From assembly GCA_038322925.1 (NCBI GenBank), contig JBBQGJ010000002.1, forward strand, positions 3,544-67,543: 64,000 bases of DNA, in the 5' to 3' direction. Source of the DNA: Mycobacteriales bacterium. Lineage in GTDB: Bacteria > Actinomycetota > Actinomycetes > Mycobacteriales > Nakamurellaceae. Position numbers and translations under genes: made by a program. A model generated the notes under the pieces. That model saw only the letters and a list, made by a program, of their open reading frames with translations. It searched no databases and was not told the origin of the DNA. Below, piece after piece: positions 1 to 11,664 of this stretch. Position 1 is the stretch's first letter, and each line of letters begins with the position of its first letter.

Positions 1-56
1 CTGAAACGATTGCGCAATTCGCCGGGTGAAACCGGGGGACTCCGGTTCCATGGTGA

Positions 57-323
57 TCACCGGGCGGTGTGGGCCATCATGCGGGTGGTGCCGGCACGGG
101 CCCACGGCACCAGCTCAACGTGGGCGGTCCGCCGAGCCCGGTCAACCGCGGCTGCCCGTTTGACCTGGGCGTCCACCGCTGCACACAGCAGGTCGTGTGC
201 CCGGCGCTTGCCCTGTCGTACCGATCCGACGGGCCGGGTGTCCGCCCGACCGCCGTTGACGTAGAGCACGGCCACCAACCCGCCATCTGGTTGTCGTTCC
301 AACTGCGCCACGAACTGGTCCAT
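57..323 (-). CDS. hypothetical protein (88 aa)
   Basis: ATG preceded by purine-rich GGGGAAGAAG; mostly G/C third positions; no recognised domain. Confidence 0.4.
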   Translation of the reverse strand: MDQFVAQLERQPDGGLVAVLYVNGGRADTRPVGSVRQGKRRAHDLLCAAVDAQVKRAAAVDRARRTAHVELVPWARAGTTRMMAHTAR

Positions 324-1255
324 GTCTTCTTCCCCGGTTGTCGGACTCGCGCGGCCGGCCGGTCCAGCGATCCATGCGTGATCAATCGGTGTGGATCACC
401 CCCGACGGTCGACACCATGGGGAAGCGATCACGCTTCGTGGGTGGTATTCGTCATCACGAAGCATCCGAACCCCCCTGCCACCCGATTGGCCAACACATT
501 GAATATGCGCTCTTTGTGGTCGAGGTGATATCAGCAGTCACCCGGACCGATGTCGGCGTGGACTTCCGTGCCGGCACCAGAATCGGGCTGGTGATTGTCT
601 CCTGCCGTTCGGAAGTCGGTCAACGCGGTCACCGCCTGGCAATCGTTGTTCGCCGGGTCCTCCTTGTGCTGCCGGCAGTGCAGCGGTCTTCTTCGCCAGC
701 GACCCGGATGACGTCTTGTTCGAGCCGTCGTGCCCGTCGGGATCGCTCGCCGCTGCCGATGAACTGTCTTGCAGTCACGGATCCTCGCGGCCGGCCCGCT
801 CTTCCGAGTGGCCCACGCTTCACAGCGACCTCTATCGCGACCCATCGGTCACCCGGGTGATAGGGGATGACGGCCGGTGAACTACTTCTGTGAACGGCCA
901 TCCCCGAACGCGGGACCCTGTAGCGTCGCTGCGACGACGGCGTTACCCTTAGTGAAGACGCGACTACTCAATGTCACTGACGGTGTGACGGTCGCCATGA
1001 GGGGTGAGCCGGCATGAACGAATGCGCGACTATTGCTGTCGGCGGAATTCCCGGCCGGCACCGATGGGGTGAACCCGACCGCTACGTGGCTGGTTGCGAT
1101 TCACCCAACATCGCAGGTGAGTGGAGCCCGTCTGCGGCATCATGCCGGAATCAACGGTGGCGGGGTTCGCGCCGACCCACCGGGTGCGCGATATTCCTGA
1201 GCTACCGCCGGTGGGCTGGGGCAGCGCCGGAGAGGTCATCGGGTCGGGGTGGACA

Positions 1256-1903
1256 GTGCTGACGGTGTTCCTGACCGACGACCACGAGGTCGTCCGAGTG
1301 GGGGTAGCCGACCTGCTGAACGGCGCCGATGGCATGAAGGTCGTCGGCGATGCGTCGACCGTGGCCCAGACGTTGGCCCGTCTACCGGCGCTGCACCCCG
1401 ATGTCGCGGTGCTCGACGTGCGGTTGCCCGACGGCAATGGCATCGAGTTGTGCCGGGAACTGCGTTCGAGGTTCCCGGAACTGCAGTGTCTGATGCTCAC
1501 CTCGTTCACCGAGGAAAAGGCGATGCTGGACGCCTTCCTGGCCGGGGCGAGCGGCTATGTGGTCAAGGACATCACCGGTGTCGACCTGGTGATGGCCGTC
1601 CGCACGGTCGGGTCGGGCCGTTCGCTGCTGGACCCGCGCGCCGTCGCCGCGCTGATGAGCAGGCTGCAATCCGGCGGGCCGGCGCCCGGCCCGCTGTCGG
1701 CGTTAACCGAGAAGGAACGTGCGACGCTGGAGCTGATCGGGCAGGGGCTGACCAATCGGCAGATCGCCGCCCGGATGTTCGTGGCCGAAAAAACGGTGAA
1801 GAATTACGTCTCGCACCTGCTGGCGAAACTGGGTATGTCCAGTCGGACCCAGGCCGCGGTGCTGTCCACCGAGATCCGCGAGCACAAACATGCCCAGTAC
1901 TGA
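1256..1903 (+). CDS. devR: DosR/DevR-like NarL-family response regulator
   Basis: [29 protein letters not shown] and Lux[22 protein letters not shown] closely match mycobacterial DevR; start moved to GTG 1256. Confidence 0.88.
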   Translation: MLTVFLTDDHEVVRVGVADLLNGADGMKVVGDASTVAQTLARLPALHPDVAVLDVRLPDGNGIELCRELRSRFPELQCLMLTSFTEEKAMLDAFLAGASGYVVKDITGVDLVMAVRTVGSGRSLLDPRAVAALMSRLQSGGPAPGPLSALTEKERATLELIGQGLTNRQIAARMFVAEKTVKNYVSHLLAKLGMSSRTQAAVLSTEIREHKHAQY

Positions 1904-2083
1904 CGGCGCCGACACCTCGAGCGCGCTTGATGTGCGCACGCCCGGGGCAACGGAGGCGATTGCCCTGGGCGGCCTGCTGAGCAGCCCACACCGGTGCCCA
2001 GCGTGCGCCCGATCTGCACGCCAGGCGACCACGATCGGTTCGATCGCTATCGGCGGCGCCGTTGGATTGCTGAGTGCTTAACG

Positions 2084-3739
2084 GTGGACGGCGTGGATCG
2101 GGCGGTGCGTCCGGAGCAGATCGTGGGCGGGTACCGGGAACGGATGGACGCGCTGGTCCGGGCGGTGATCGCCGTGTCATCCGGGCTGGCCCTGGACGCG
2201 ACCCTCAAGCAGATCGTCGAGGCGGCGGTCGACCTGGTCGACGCACGCTACGGCGCCTTGGCCGTCCTGGGCGACGCCGGCATGTTCGAGCAATTCGTGC
2301 ACGTCGGCGTCGACGACGCCACCGCGCAGCGGATCGGACGGTTACCCACCGGGCACGGGGTGCTGGGCGTGCCCGTCGAGAAACTGGGGCCGTTACGTCT
2401 GTCCGACCTGGCGCAGCACGCAGCGTCGATCGGAATCCCGCCACACCATCCACCGACGCGGACTCTGTTGGGCGTCCCGATCCTGGCCCGCGGAGAGGTT
2501 TTCGGGCGGCTGTACCTGGCCGAGAAGGCCGACGGCCGGGACTTCACCAAGGACGACGAGATCATTGTGCGGGGGCTGGCCGCGGCCGCCGGTTCGGCGG
2601 TCGACAATGCGCACCTGTACGAGCAGGGCCAACGGCGGGAAAGGTGGCTGGAGGCGACCGGCGAGGTCACCACCGAACTCCTGGCCGGAAGCGACACCAA
2701 GAACGCGTTGCAGTTGATCGCCAGCCGGGCGCAGGAGCTGACCGCCTCGGACTACACACTGATCGCCCTGCCGCGGCAGCGGGAGGCCGCGCCCTGGGAG
2801 ATCACCGAGCTTTCGGTGGTGGTGTGCATCGGCATGGGGGACGACTCCATCACCGGCCGGGTCATCCCGGTCGCCGGGTCCACCACGGGCGCGGTGTTCA
2901 CCGATCACGTGCCGCGCAGCGTGGACAGATTCACCTTCCACCTCGCCCGCGGGCTCGGGGTGCAATTCGGTCCCGCGCTGGCGATGCCGCTCGGGACCGG
3001 GAAGTCGTTGGCCGGGGTGCTGGTCACGGCGCGGATGCCCGGGTCGCCGGCCTACGACGAACACGCGCTCAAACTTGTCGCCACGTTCGCCGACCACGCG
3101 GCGCTGGCGTTGCGGGACGCCGAGAACGAATGGGCCAAACGCGAATTGAGGGTGCTCGCCGACCGCGACCGGATCGCCCGGGACATGCACGATCAGGTCC
3201 TGCAACAGCTCTACGGCGTCGGCATGGCGATGCAAAGCACCCAGCAGCGCATCCGGGCGCCCGAGCTGGCCGCGCGGATCACCGACCACATGAACCAGCT
3301 CCAGCAGATCATCATCGACATCCGCTCGGCGATCTACGACCTGTCGCCCGATCCCACCGGGGTGGCCCCGCTGCGCACCAGCCTGCACACAGTGATCACC
3401 GAATTGACCGCCGACGCCCCACTGAGGACCACCGTCCGGATGTCCGGCCAGCTCGACCGCGTCCCGGCCCAGGTCGCCCAACACGCCGAAGCCGTCCTCC
3501 GCGAAGCGGTCAGCAACGCGGTACGGCACTCCCAGGCAGACGAACTCGCCGTCACCATCACGGTCGGCGACGACCTCGTCATCGACGTCCGCGACAACGG
3601 CGTCGGCATCCCGGACACCGTCACCCGCAGCGGACTGGACAACATGCAGGTCCGGGCCGAACAGGTCGGAGGGGCGTGCAGCATCACACCCGCCGACGGC
3701 GGCGGCACCCGGGTGACCTGGACAGCGCCGCTGCCGTGA
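2084..3739 (+). CDS. devS: DosS/DevS-like GAF-GAF-HisKA_3-HATPase sensor kinase
   Basis: GAF1 heme-pocket motif HAASIGIPPHHPP..LYL; RDRIARDMHDQV H-box; REAVSNAVRHS; VRDNGVG; start uncertain (2084 or 2144). Confidence 0.85.
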   Translation: MDGVDRAVRPEQIVGGYRERMDALVRAVIAVSSGLALDATLKQIVEAAVDLVDARYGALAVLGDAGMFEQFVHVGVDDATAQRIGRLPTGHGVLGVPVEKLGPLRLSDLAQHAASIGIPPHHPPTRTLLGVPILARGEVFGRLYLAEKADGRDFTKDDEIIVRGLAAAAGSAVDNAHLYEQGQRRERWLEATGEVTTELLAGSDTKNALQLIASRAQELTASDYTLIALPRQREAAPWEITELSVVVCIGMGDDSITGRVIPVAGSTTGAVFTDHVPRSVDRFTFHLARGLGVQFGPALAMPLGTGKSLAGVLVTARMPGSPAYDEHALKLVATFADHAALALRDAENEWAKRELRVLADRDRIARDMHDQVLQQLYGVGMAMQSTQQRIRAPELAARITDHMNQLQQIIIDIRSAIYDLSPDPTGVAPLRTSLHTVITELTADAPLRTTVRMSGQLDRVPAQVAQHAEAVLREAVSNAVRHSQADELAVTITVGDDLVIDVRDNGVGIPDTVTRSGLDNMQVRAEQVGGACSITPADGGGTRVTWTAPLP

Positions 3740-4027
3740 TGAGTTCACACCACATGACAGAACCGTCATCCACGCACCCGAAGTGATCTGACCAACCCCA
3801 CCGCAACTGCCCGCCATCGGGCGGATCGCCGACGCCGACATCCACCACCATGCGAATCAACTTGATCCACATCCCACGCACGAGCGGCCTTCTCGGCGCT
3901 GACATTCACCCTGCACCTATCCGCAAAGCACCGTTTCATGACGATGGTCGCTGCCGTCGCTGCCGGCTCTGACCGGGGCGACCCGATCGTGGTCGCGGGG
4001 GGCGGAGTCCTCGACCATGATCGACAC

Positions 4028-4498
4028 CTACTCGGCCTCCGCCCAGCGGTAGGAGCGGTCCACCAGCGCGCGAAACGCCTCAGGGTCGGCGTCCGCGACC
4101 CGCTTCAGATAGAGGCAGCCCTTGCCGATCGAGTGGTTGCCCATCCGCGGCAGCAGGTCCTGGTAGGCATCGAATCCTCCCCGGACGTACACCACGCTCT
4201 GCGCCTTCCGGGGCGCGAAGCCCACCCGCGGTGAATCGCCTTCGCGACCGGACGCGTAGCGATTATGCACGGACCCGAACCCGACGATGGCGCTGCCCCA
4301 CATGGCGGGCCGCTCGCCGGTGACCTCGGCCATCAGGCCGGCCAGCAGCTGGGCTTCGGCGCGCCGGGTCGGATCGGCGATCGCGGCGACGAAAGCTGCC
4401 ACGTCGCCGTCGGTGGGCACGGTCTTGTTCTGGACGGTCTTGTTCTGGACGGTCTTGGGCTGCGCGGTCTTTCTGGAGTTCCCGATCAAGGTGATCAC
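4028..4498 (-). CDS. DUF1801 (YdhG-like) protein
   Basis: MWGSAIVGFGS, GFAPRK and GKGCLYLK motifs; overlaps upstream gene by 4 bp. Confidence 0.8.
   Translation of the reverse strand: MITLIGNSRKTAQPKTVQNKTVQNKTVPTDGDVAAFVAAIADPTRRAEAQLLAGLMAEVTGERPAMWGSAIVGFGSVHNRYASGREGDSPRVGFAPRKAQSVVYVRGGFDAYQDLLPRMGNHSIGKGCLYLKRVADADPEAFRALVDRSYRWAEAE
4419..4457. repeat. 15-bp tandem repeat (~2.5 copies) encoding KTVQN
   Basis: ACGGTCTTGTTCTGG repeated. Confidence 0.8.
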
Positions 4499-4950
4499 CC
4501 CGTGCTCGGCGAGCGGGTGGGCCGCTCGCGAAGGTCCTTGACGTATTCGGCGGGCGCGTCGGCGGCCTCCGCGGCGTCCGCGATGACACCGAGGTAGCGC
4601 GCCGACGGCAGTCCGCCCTCGAACGCCTGCAAGGCGTACAGCCAGGCCAGCACCTCACCCTCCAGGGTGTGCACCCGCAGCCGGATCTTGCTGTACAGCC
4701 CGAGGTCGGCGCCCTCCCACGAGTCGAGGGTCCGCTCGTCCGAGTCGGCCATGTCGTAGAGCACCACGAAGACAGCGGAGTCCGGGTCCTCGACCACCAT
4801 CGACATGGCACCGTCCCAGCTGAGGTCCTCGCCGCCGAAGGTCAGCCGCCAGCCGGGCAGCCAGCCGGTGCCGGCCACCGGTGAGGAGGGACAGCGCTGG
4901 AGCATATGGCTCGGGTCCATGTTGGACCCGTAGGCCGCGTACAACGCCAT
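4495..4950 (-). CDS. gamma-glutamylcyclotransferase (AIG2-like) family protein
   Basis: YAAYGSNM N-terminal motif, LDSWEG; usual divergent neighbour of lpdA in actinobacteria. Confidence 0.88.
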   Translation of the reverse strand: MALYAAYGSNMDPSHMLQRCPSSPVAGTGWLPGWRLTFGGEDLSWDGAMSMVVEDPDSAVFVVLYDMADSDERTLDSWEGADLGLYSKIRLRVHTLEGEVLAWLYALQAFEGGLPSARYLGVIADAAEAADAPAEYVKDLRERPTRSPSTG

Positions 4951-5042
4951 GGTTGCTGAGCCTAGTGGGCGGCCCCGGCTACCGTGGTGCCCGGCGGTAG
5001 GACTGGGCGTTTGCCCCGGCGTCCGACAGGGAGCGTGAATCG

Positions 5043-6449
5043 ATGACCCGGATCGTGATCATGGGTGGCGGACCGGCCGGCTATGAGGCCGCGCTGGTCG
5101 CCGTGCAGTACGGCGCGACCGTGACGCTGGTCGAACGTGACGGGATCGGCGGCGCCTGCGTGCTGACCGATTGCGTGCCGTCCAAGACGTTCATCGCCTC
5201 CGCCGGAGGCCGGACCGCCGTACGGGAGGCCCCGAGCCTGGGCGTGATGCTCGATCCCGACAAGGTCGAGGTCGACGTCGCCGTGGTGCACGGCAGGGTG
5301 AACGGCCTTGCGCTGGCCCAATCGGTGGACATCCGCGCCAGGTTGGTGGCCGACGGAGTCGAGATCGTCGATGGCACAGCGGTTCTGGCGGATTCGGCGC
5401 CGGGGCTGGCTGCGCACGTTGTCGCCGTGCACGCCGCGGACGGCACCGTCACTGAGCGCATGGCGGACGGCGTACTGATCGCCACCGGCGCCTGCCCCCG
5501 GATCCTGCCCGACGCCGAGCCGGACGGCGAACGGATCCTGACCTGGCGTCAGGTGTACGCGCTGCCGAAGCTGCCCGAACACCTCGTGGTGGTGGGCTCG
5601 GGTGTCACCGGCGCCGAGTTCGCGTCGGCGTACACCGAAATGGGCGTCAAAGTGACCCTGGTGTCCAGCCGGGACCGGGTGCTGCCCAGCCAGGACGCCG
5701 ATGCCGCCGCCGTCATCGAGGAGGTGTTCTCCTCCCGCGGCAGCGTGCTGGCCAGGCGGGCCAGGGCGACCTCCGTGGTCCGGGAGGGTGACGGGGTGCT
5801 CGTCACCCTGCAGGACGGCCGGGAGGTGCGCGGCAGCCACGCGCTGATGACCGTCGGCGCCGTCCCCAACACCGGCGACATCGGCCTGGAGTCGGTCGGC
5901 GTGCAGACGGACAAGGGCGGTTTCATCACCGTCGACAAGGTGTCACGCACCTCGGTGTCCGGGATCTACGCCGCGGGCGATTGCACCGGGGTGCTCATGC
6001 TGGCCTCGGTCGCGGCCATGCAGGGCCGGATCGCGATGTGGCATGCGCTGGGCGAGGGCGTCCCGCCGTTGCGGCTCAAGACGGTGTCCTCGACGGTCTT
6101 CACCCACCCGGAGATCGCCACCGTCGGCTACTCGCAGGTGGAGGCCGAAGCCGAACCCACGCCGGCCATCGTGGTGATGTTGCCGCTGTCCACCAACGCG
6201 CGGGCCAAGATGTTGAATCTGCGCGAGGGCTTCGTCAAACTGATGGTGCGGCCGATGACGGGCATCGTGATCGGTGGAGTGGTGGTCGCCCCGTCGGCCG
6301 CCGAACTCATCCTGCCGATCGCCGTCGCCGTCCAGAACCGACTCACCGCAAAGGATCTCGCTTACACGTTCAGTGTCTACCCGTCGCTGTCCGGGTCCAT
6401 CACCGAGGTCGGGCGACGGCTGATGCACTTCGCTGCCGATCGCAGCTGA
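5043..6449 (+). CDS. lpdA: NAD(P)H-quinone dehydrogenase LpdA
   Basis: GGGPAG FAD motif, GGACVLTDCVPSK, GSGVTGAEFA, VYPSLSGS C-terminus typical of actinobacterial LpdA. Confidence 0.92.
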   Translation: MTRIVIMGGGPAGYEAALVAVQYGATVTLVERDGIGGACVLTDCVPSKTFIASAGGRTAVREAPSLGVMLDPDKVEVDVAVVHGRVNGLALAQSVDIRARLVADGVEIVDGTAVLADSAPGLAAHVVAVHAADGTVTERMADGVLIATGACPRILPDAEPDGERILTWRQVYALPKLPEHLVVVGSGVTGAEFASAYTEMGVKVTLVSSRDRVLPSQDADAAAVIEEVFSSRGSVLARRARATSVVREGDGVLVTLQDGREVRGSHALMTVGAVPNTGDIGLESVGVQTDKGGFITVDKVSRTSVSGIYAAGDCTGVLMLASVAAMQGRIAMWHALGEGVPPLRLKTVSSTVFTHPEIATVGYSQVEAEAEPTPAIVVMLPLSTNARAKMLNLREGFVKLMVRPMTGIVIGGVVVAPSAAELILPIAVAVQNRLTAKDLAYTFSVYPSLSGSITEVGRRLMHFAADRS

Positions 6450-6584
6450 ACTGATCTTCGGCCCGATGTGTCAGGTGACCTTCGGTCCGGTTGCGGCCTG
6501 GCTCCGCGCAGGTAGCGTGAGGTTGCCGGTGTCTGATTGCCCGGCTCCCACTCCGGTGATGCCGGAGCAGAAAGGACGTGCCAG

Positions 6585-8324
6585 ATGACCGGAGACGGAG
6601 TCGTCGGGGCGGCCCAGCTGGGTCCGGCCGATCGGAAGGCCAGCTTCGACAGGCTGGGCAATGAGCTCTTCGACGTGGTGGTCATCGGTGGCGGCGTCGT
6701 CGGCGCCGGAGCAGCGTTGGACGCGGTGACCAGAGGCCTGTCGGTGGCCTTGGTCGAGGCCAGGGACATCGCGTCCGGGACCTCTTCCAGGTCCTCGAAG
6801 CTCTTCCACGGCGGCCTGCGCTACCTGGAGATGTTCGAGTTCGGCCTGGTCCGCGAGGCCCTGCACGAGCGCGAACTGATGCTCACCAAGATCTGCCCGC
6901 ACCTGGCCAAGCCGGTCTCGTTCCTCTACCCGCTGTCCAAGCACGCGGTCGAACGGCCCTACGTCGGCGCCGGGCTGATCATGTACGACACGATGGGCGG
7001 GGCGCGGTCGGTGCCCGGCCACAAGCACCTGACCAGAGCCGGCGCGCTGCGGCTGGTTCCCGGGCTCCGCCGGGACGCGCTGGTCGGCGGGATCCGGTAC
7101 TACGACGGCCAGGTCGACGACGCCCGGCACACCCTGACCGTCGCCCGCACGGCCGCCGCGTACGGAGCGGTGGTGCGGACGTCCACCCAGGTGGTGGGGT
7201 TCATCAAGGAGTCCGATCGGGTGGCCGGGGTTCGGGTTCGTGACGTGGAAACCGGAGCGGAGACCGCGGTCCGGGCCAGAGTGGTGATCAACTCGACCGG
7301 GGTGTGGACCGACGAATTGCAGCGACTGTCGGGTGGTCGCGGCCGGTTCCGGGTACGCGCGTCAAAGGGAGTGCACCTGGTGGTTCCCCGTGACCGGATC
7401 ACCTCCGAAAGCGGCATCATGATGAAGACCGAGAAATCGGTGCTCTTCGTCATCCCGTGGAAATCGCACTGGATCATCGGAACGACTGACACAGACTGGC
7501 ATCTCGACCTCGCGCACCCAGCGGCGACGAAGGCCGACATCGACTACATCCTCGAGCACGTCAACAAGGTGCTGGCGGTGCCGTTGACCCATGACGACAT
7601 CGAGGGCGTGTACGCGGGCCTGCGGCCGCTGTTGGCCGGGGAAAGTGAGCAGTCGTCCAAGCTGTCCCGCGAGCACGCGGTCGCGCGGGTCGCGCCGGGC
7701 CTGATCGCCATCGCCGGTGGCAAGTACACGACGTACCGGGTGATGGGTGCCGATGCGGTGGAGGCTGCTGCCGAGGATCTGCCGGGCCGGATCAATCCGT
7801 CGTGCACGCAGGACGTGCCGCTGCTCGGCGCCATCGGCTATCAGGCGCTGGTCAACCAGGCGGACCGGTTGGCCGCCCAGCACGGGGTGCATCCGTACCG
7901 GATCCGCCACCTGCTGGACCGCTACGGCTCGGAGATCCACGAGTTGCTGAAGCTGACCACGGGGCCGGACGGCGACCCGTCGCTGCTGCAGCCGATTCCG
8001 GGTGCCGACGACTACCTCCAGGTCGAGGTGCTCCATGCGGTCACCCACGAGGCCGCCCTGCACCTGGAGGACGTGCTGGCCAGACGGACCAGGATCTCCA
8101 TCGAATACGCGCACCGCGGCACCGAGTCGATGCACCGCGTCGCGGAGATCATGGCGCCGCTACTGGGCTGGACGCCGGAGCAGACCCAGCGCGAGATCGA
8201 TTCGTACCAGGCAAGAGTCGACGCCGAGCGGCTGTCGCAGACCGAGCCCGACGACGAGTCGGCCGAGAAGGCCAGGCTGGAGGCGCCGGAGGTGCGCGAA
8301 CTGGTCGAGTCGCCGGTGGCCTGA
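6585..8324 (+). CDS. glpD: FAD-dependent glycerol-3-phosphate dehydrogenase
   Basis: IGGGVVG, GTSSRSSKLFHGGLRYL, GGKYTTYR; start set at ATG after AAGGA. Confidence 0.93.
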   Translation: MTGDGVVGAAQLGPADRKASFDRLGNELFDVVVIGGGVVGAGAALDAVTRGLSVALVEARDIASGTSSRSSKLFHGGLRYLEMFEFGLVREALHERELMLTKICPHLAKPVSFLYPLSKHAVERPYVGAGLIMYDTMGGARSVPGHKHLTRAGALRLVPGLRRDALVGGIRYYDGQVDDARHTLTVARTAAAYGAVVRTSTQVVGFIKESDRVAGVRVRDVETGAETAVRARVVINSTGVWTDELQRLSGGRGRFRVRASKGVHLVVPRDRITSESGIMMKTEKSVLFVIPWKSHWIIGTTDTDWHLDLAHPAATKADIDYILEHVNKVLAVPLTHDDIEGVYAGLRPLLAGESEQSSKLSREHAVARVAPGLIAIAGGKYTTYRVMGADAVEAAAEDLPGRINPSCTQDVPLLGAIGYQALVNQADRLAAQHGVHPYRIRHLLDRYGSEIHELLKLTTGPDGDPSLLQPIPGADDYLQVEVLHAVTHEAALHLEDVLARRTRISIEYAHRGTESMHRVAEIMAPLLGWTPEQTQREIDSYQARVDAERLSQTEPDDESAEKARLEAPEVRELVESPVA

Positions 8325-8401
8325 CGGTCCTTCGGCCGTCGGCCTCAGCGCCGTCGGATGACCGGGGGTGGCGGGATGGTTTGCACCGCTGCCGGCGGCG
8401 G

Positions 8402-9427
<1,026 letters not shown>

Positions 9428-9463
9428 GGACTCCACCCTGCACCCGCGGTCTGGATTTGTCAG

Positions 9464-9510
9464 CAGTGCTGATCTTGCAGTGCTGATCTTCTGGTGCTGA
9501 TCTTCAGTGC
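9464..9510. repeat. 14-bp tandem repeat x3 upstream of aldo/keto reductase
   Basis: CAGTGCTGATCTTG / CAGTGCTGATCTTC / TGGTGCTGATCTTC. Confidence 0.8.
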
Positions 9511-9550
9511 CGAGTGCTGGTCGTCAGGGCTGGTCTTTGGCGCGGAATCG

Positions 9551-10030
9551 CTAGCGTCGGCCTCGACCGCCGTCGTTCCAGCCCTTCCCCCAGACCGCGC
9601 TGGTCGCAACTGCGATGAGTGCGGGGATCAGGAAGACCACCCAGATCTTCAGCGCGAAGAACAGCAGCAGGCTGACGATGCCGGAGATGGCGATCGCGAC
9701 TGCGGCAGCCCGCTGCGCCGGGGTCCGGCCGTCGCTGGACACCGGCGCCGCCGACTGGTAGCGGGCCGCCGTGGCCGACGGTGGTGGCAGCGCGGGCAGG
9801 GGTACCGGCAGTTTCGGGTGCGGCGGCGGCAAGTCGTCGAACAGTTCCTTCAGGTCGGCGACCGTCTTGGCCTGGATGACCTGCGCGCTGCGCTCGCCGT
9901 ACTCGTCCAGATCCAAGCGCCCGGAGGCCAGATGCTCGCCCAGCGCTTCGAGCGCGGAGTTGCGTTCCGTGTCGCCGACCCGGATCCGTGATGGGTCCGA
10001 TCCCGAGGTGGGGCTGCCTGCACTGGTCAC
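9551..10030 (-). CDS. DUF1707 (SHOCT-like) membrane protein
   Basis: RVGDTER..GRLDLDEYGER..LFDDLP plus C-terminal hydrophobic hairpin. Confidence 0.85.
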   Translation of the reverse strand: MTSAGSPTSGSDPSRIRVGDTERNSALEALGEHLASGRLDLDEYGERSAQVIQAKTVADLKELFDDLPPPHPKLPVPLPALPPPSATAARYQSAAPVSSDGRTPAQRAAAVAIAISGIVSLLLFFALKIWVVFLIPALIAVATSAVWGKGWNDGGRGRR

Positions 10031-10052
10031 ACCTCGACTGTAGGCCGGGTCG

Positions 10053-10904
10053 TCACGACAGACGCAGGAAAAGGCCGGCAGCGGACGCCCGGTTCGCCAG
10101 TCCGTGCCGGTGGAAAATCCGGTGCAGGTGACGGCTCGCCGTCGCGGGACCGATCTCCAGCCGCCGGGCGATCTGCGCGTCGGTCAGACCTTCGGTGACA
10201 AGGGCCAGCACCTGCCGCTCCCGGTCCGACAGCTGCGGGTTCGGTTCAGCGGCGGTGTCTCGGTCCGCCTGGTGGGCGCTGTGCGCGGGCCGCGGCGCGA
10301 GACCAGGGGCTGTGGTGAGCGGCACCCATCCGGGTTCCGGCGCCGATTGGAACGCGTATTCGGAGACCGGCGACGAGCGGCGCAACACCGCACGCAAATG
10401 CGGTCCGCACGCGCGCAGGACGGCCGCTTGGGCGTCGGTGAAGGTGCCGGCGTCTCTGGTCAGGGTGACGGCGTGAACCACCGCGCCGTGCAGTGCCATC
10501 GGGAGGCAGATCTGGTCGGTGGCGTCGGGCATGGCTTCGCGGTGGAAGGGGGTCTGCCGCCAGGCACGGGGAGCGAGGACGTCGGAGATCTGGATCGCTT
10601 CGAGCGATGCTGGGGGTTTCCGAGCGAGCGTGCGCAGCGGCGCGCGGAGGGGATGGGTGTGGCCGACCGTGGGGTAGGCACCGATCATCCGGCTGTCCGA
10701 GACGACCGACGGCCAACGGATGGCGACCTGCTGCTGGCTGACCAGGTCGAGATGGGTCAGGCAGGCCGAGTCGCCGCCCACCACGTCGGCGAGCCCGGCC
10801 AGCATCGTCGGTGCGACCTGCCCATACTGCTCGACCCGGAGCAACTCCGTCGTACAGGCGAGCACACCCTTGAGATCCTTTGCTGTCCGCACCCTCTGCG
10901 TCAC
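10053..10904 (-). CDS. LuxR-family regulator with N-terminal GAF-like domain
   Basis: C-terminal LSDRERQVL..GLTDAQIARRL HTH. Confidence 0.8.
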   Translation of the reverse strand: MTQRVRTAKDLKGVLACTTELLRVEQYGQVAPTMLAGLADVVGGDSACLTHLDLVSQQQVAIRWPSVVSDSRMIGAYPTVGHTHPLRAPLRTLARKPPASLEAIQISDVLAPRAWRQTPFHREAMPDATDQICLPMALHGAVVHAVTLTRDAGTFTDAQAAVLRACGPHLRAVLRRSSPVSEYAFQSAPEPGWVPLTTAPGLAPRPAHSAHQADRDTAAEPNPQLSDRERQVLALVTEGLTDAQIARRLEIGPATASRHLHRIFHRHGLANRASAAGLFLRLS

Positions 10905-11122
10905 CCTTCAATCCCCCTTCGCCGGCATCACGCCGCCGTTGGCGCAGCGCCAGCACCGATGACACTCCTTGGCGGGCAGAGCGGACTCCGTACCACTACG
11001 GAAGTTCCCGGCGGTCGGTACTGGGGGTCGCTACTGGGTCGTTGTCGGTGGTCGCATCCGGGTTGTTATCGCGCGGGTGACCGGCCGCGGAACCGTTTGT
11101 GGGGTCGTGGTTCGATGGGCTG

Positions 11123-11617
11123 ATGAGCAGCCCGACGCACAGCAGCCCTGAGAACGGTTCGGTGCCAACGCTCCTCGAGTGGGCGGGCGGTCCGACCGCG
11201 CTGCGCGGGATGATCACCGCGTTCTACGACAGGGTGGAGCAGGACGACCTGTTGAGCCCGTTCTTCCCGGGCGGCGTCAGCGCCGAGCACCGGGAACACG
11301 TGAGTATCTGGTGGATCGAGGTTTTCGGCGGTCCGCCGGAGTACACACAGACCCTCGGCGGTTACGAGAACATGCTGGCCCACCATCGGGGGCTCGCGAT
11401 CACCGCGGAGCAGCGGTTCCGTTTCGCGTCGCTGATGAGTCTGGCCGCCGACGATGCCGATCTGCCCGCCGACCCCGAGTTCCGGGCCGCACTGGTGGGT
11501 TACCTCGAGTGGGGAACCCGGATCGCGGTGCACAACTCCCAGCCGGACGCGGAAGTTGTCGCGCACGCTCCGGTGCCACGGTGGGGGTGGGGAGTGGCAC
11601 CGCCGTACCAGCCCTGA
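11123..11617 (+). CDS. group II truncated hemoglobin
   Basis: LLEWAGG, FYDRVEQDDLL, EVFGGP, proximal-His region HHRGL. Confidence 0.85.
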   Translation: MSSPTHSSPENGSVPTLLEWAGGPTALRGMITAFYDRVEQDDLLSPFFPGGVSAEHREHVSIWWIEVFGGPPEYTQTLGGYENMLAHHRGLAITAEQRFRFASLMSLAADDADLPADPEFRAALVGYLEWGTRIAVHNSQPDAEVVAHAPVPRWGWGVAPPYQP

Positions 11618-11664
11618 GCCGTGCTGCCGGTGCGGGGCGGTGGCTGCCGGGCGTCGGCGGCGGG

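Noticed and set aside
36-880. Degenerate DosR-like boxes near 36-49 and 863-876
   Set aside because: Mismatched half-sites; too weak without a PWM scan
330-1250. ORFs or structured RNA upstream of devR
   Set aside because: No recognisable domain, riboswitch or RNA family motif
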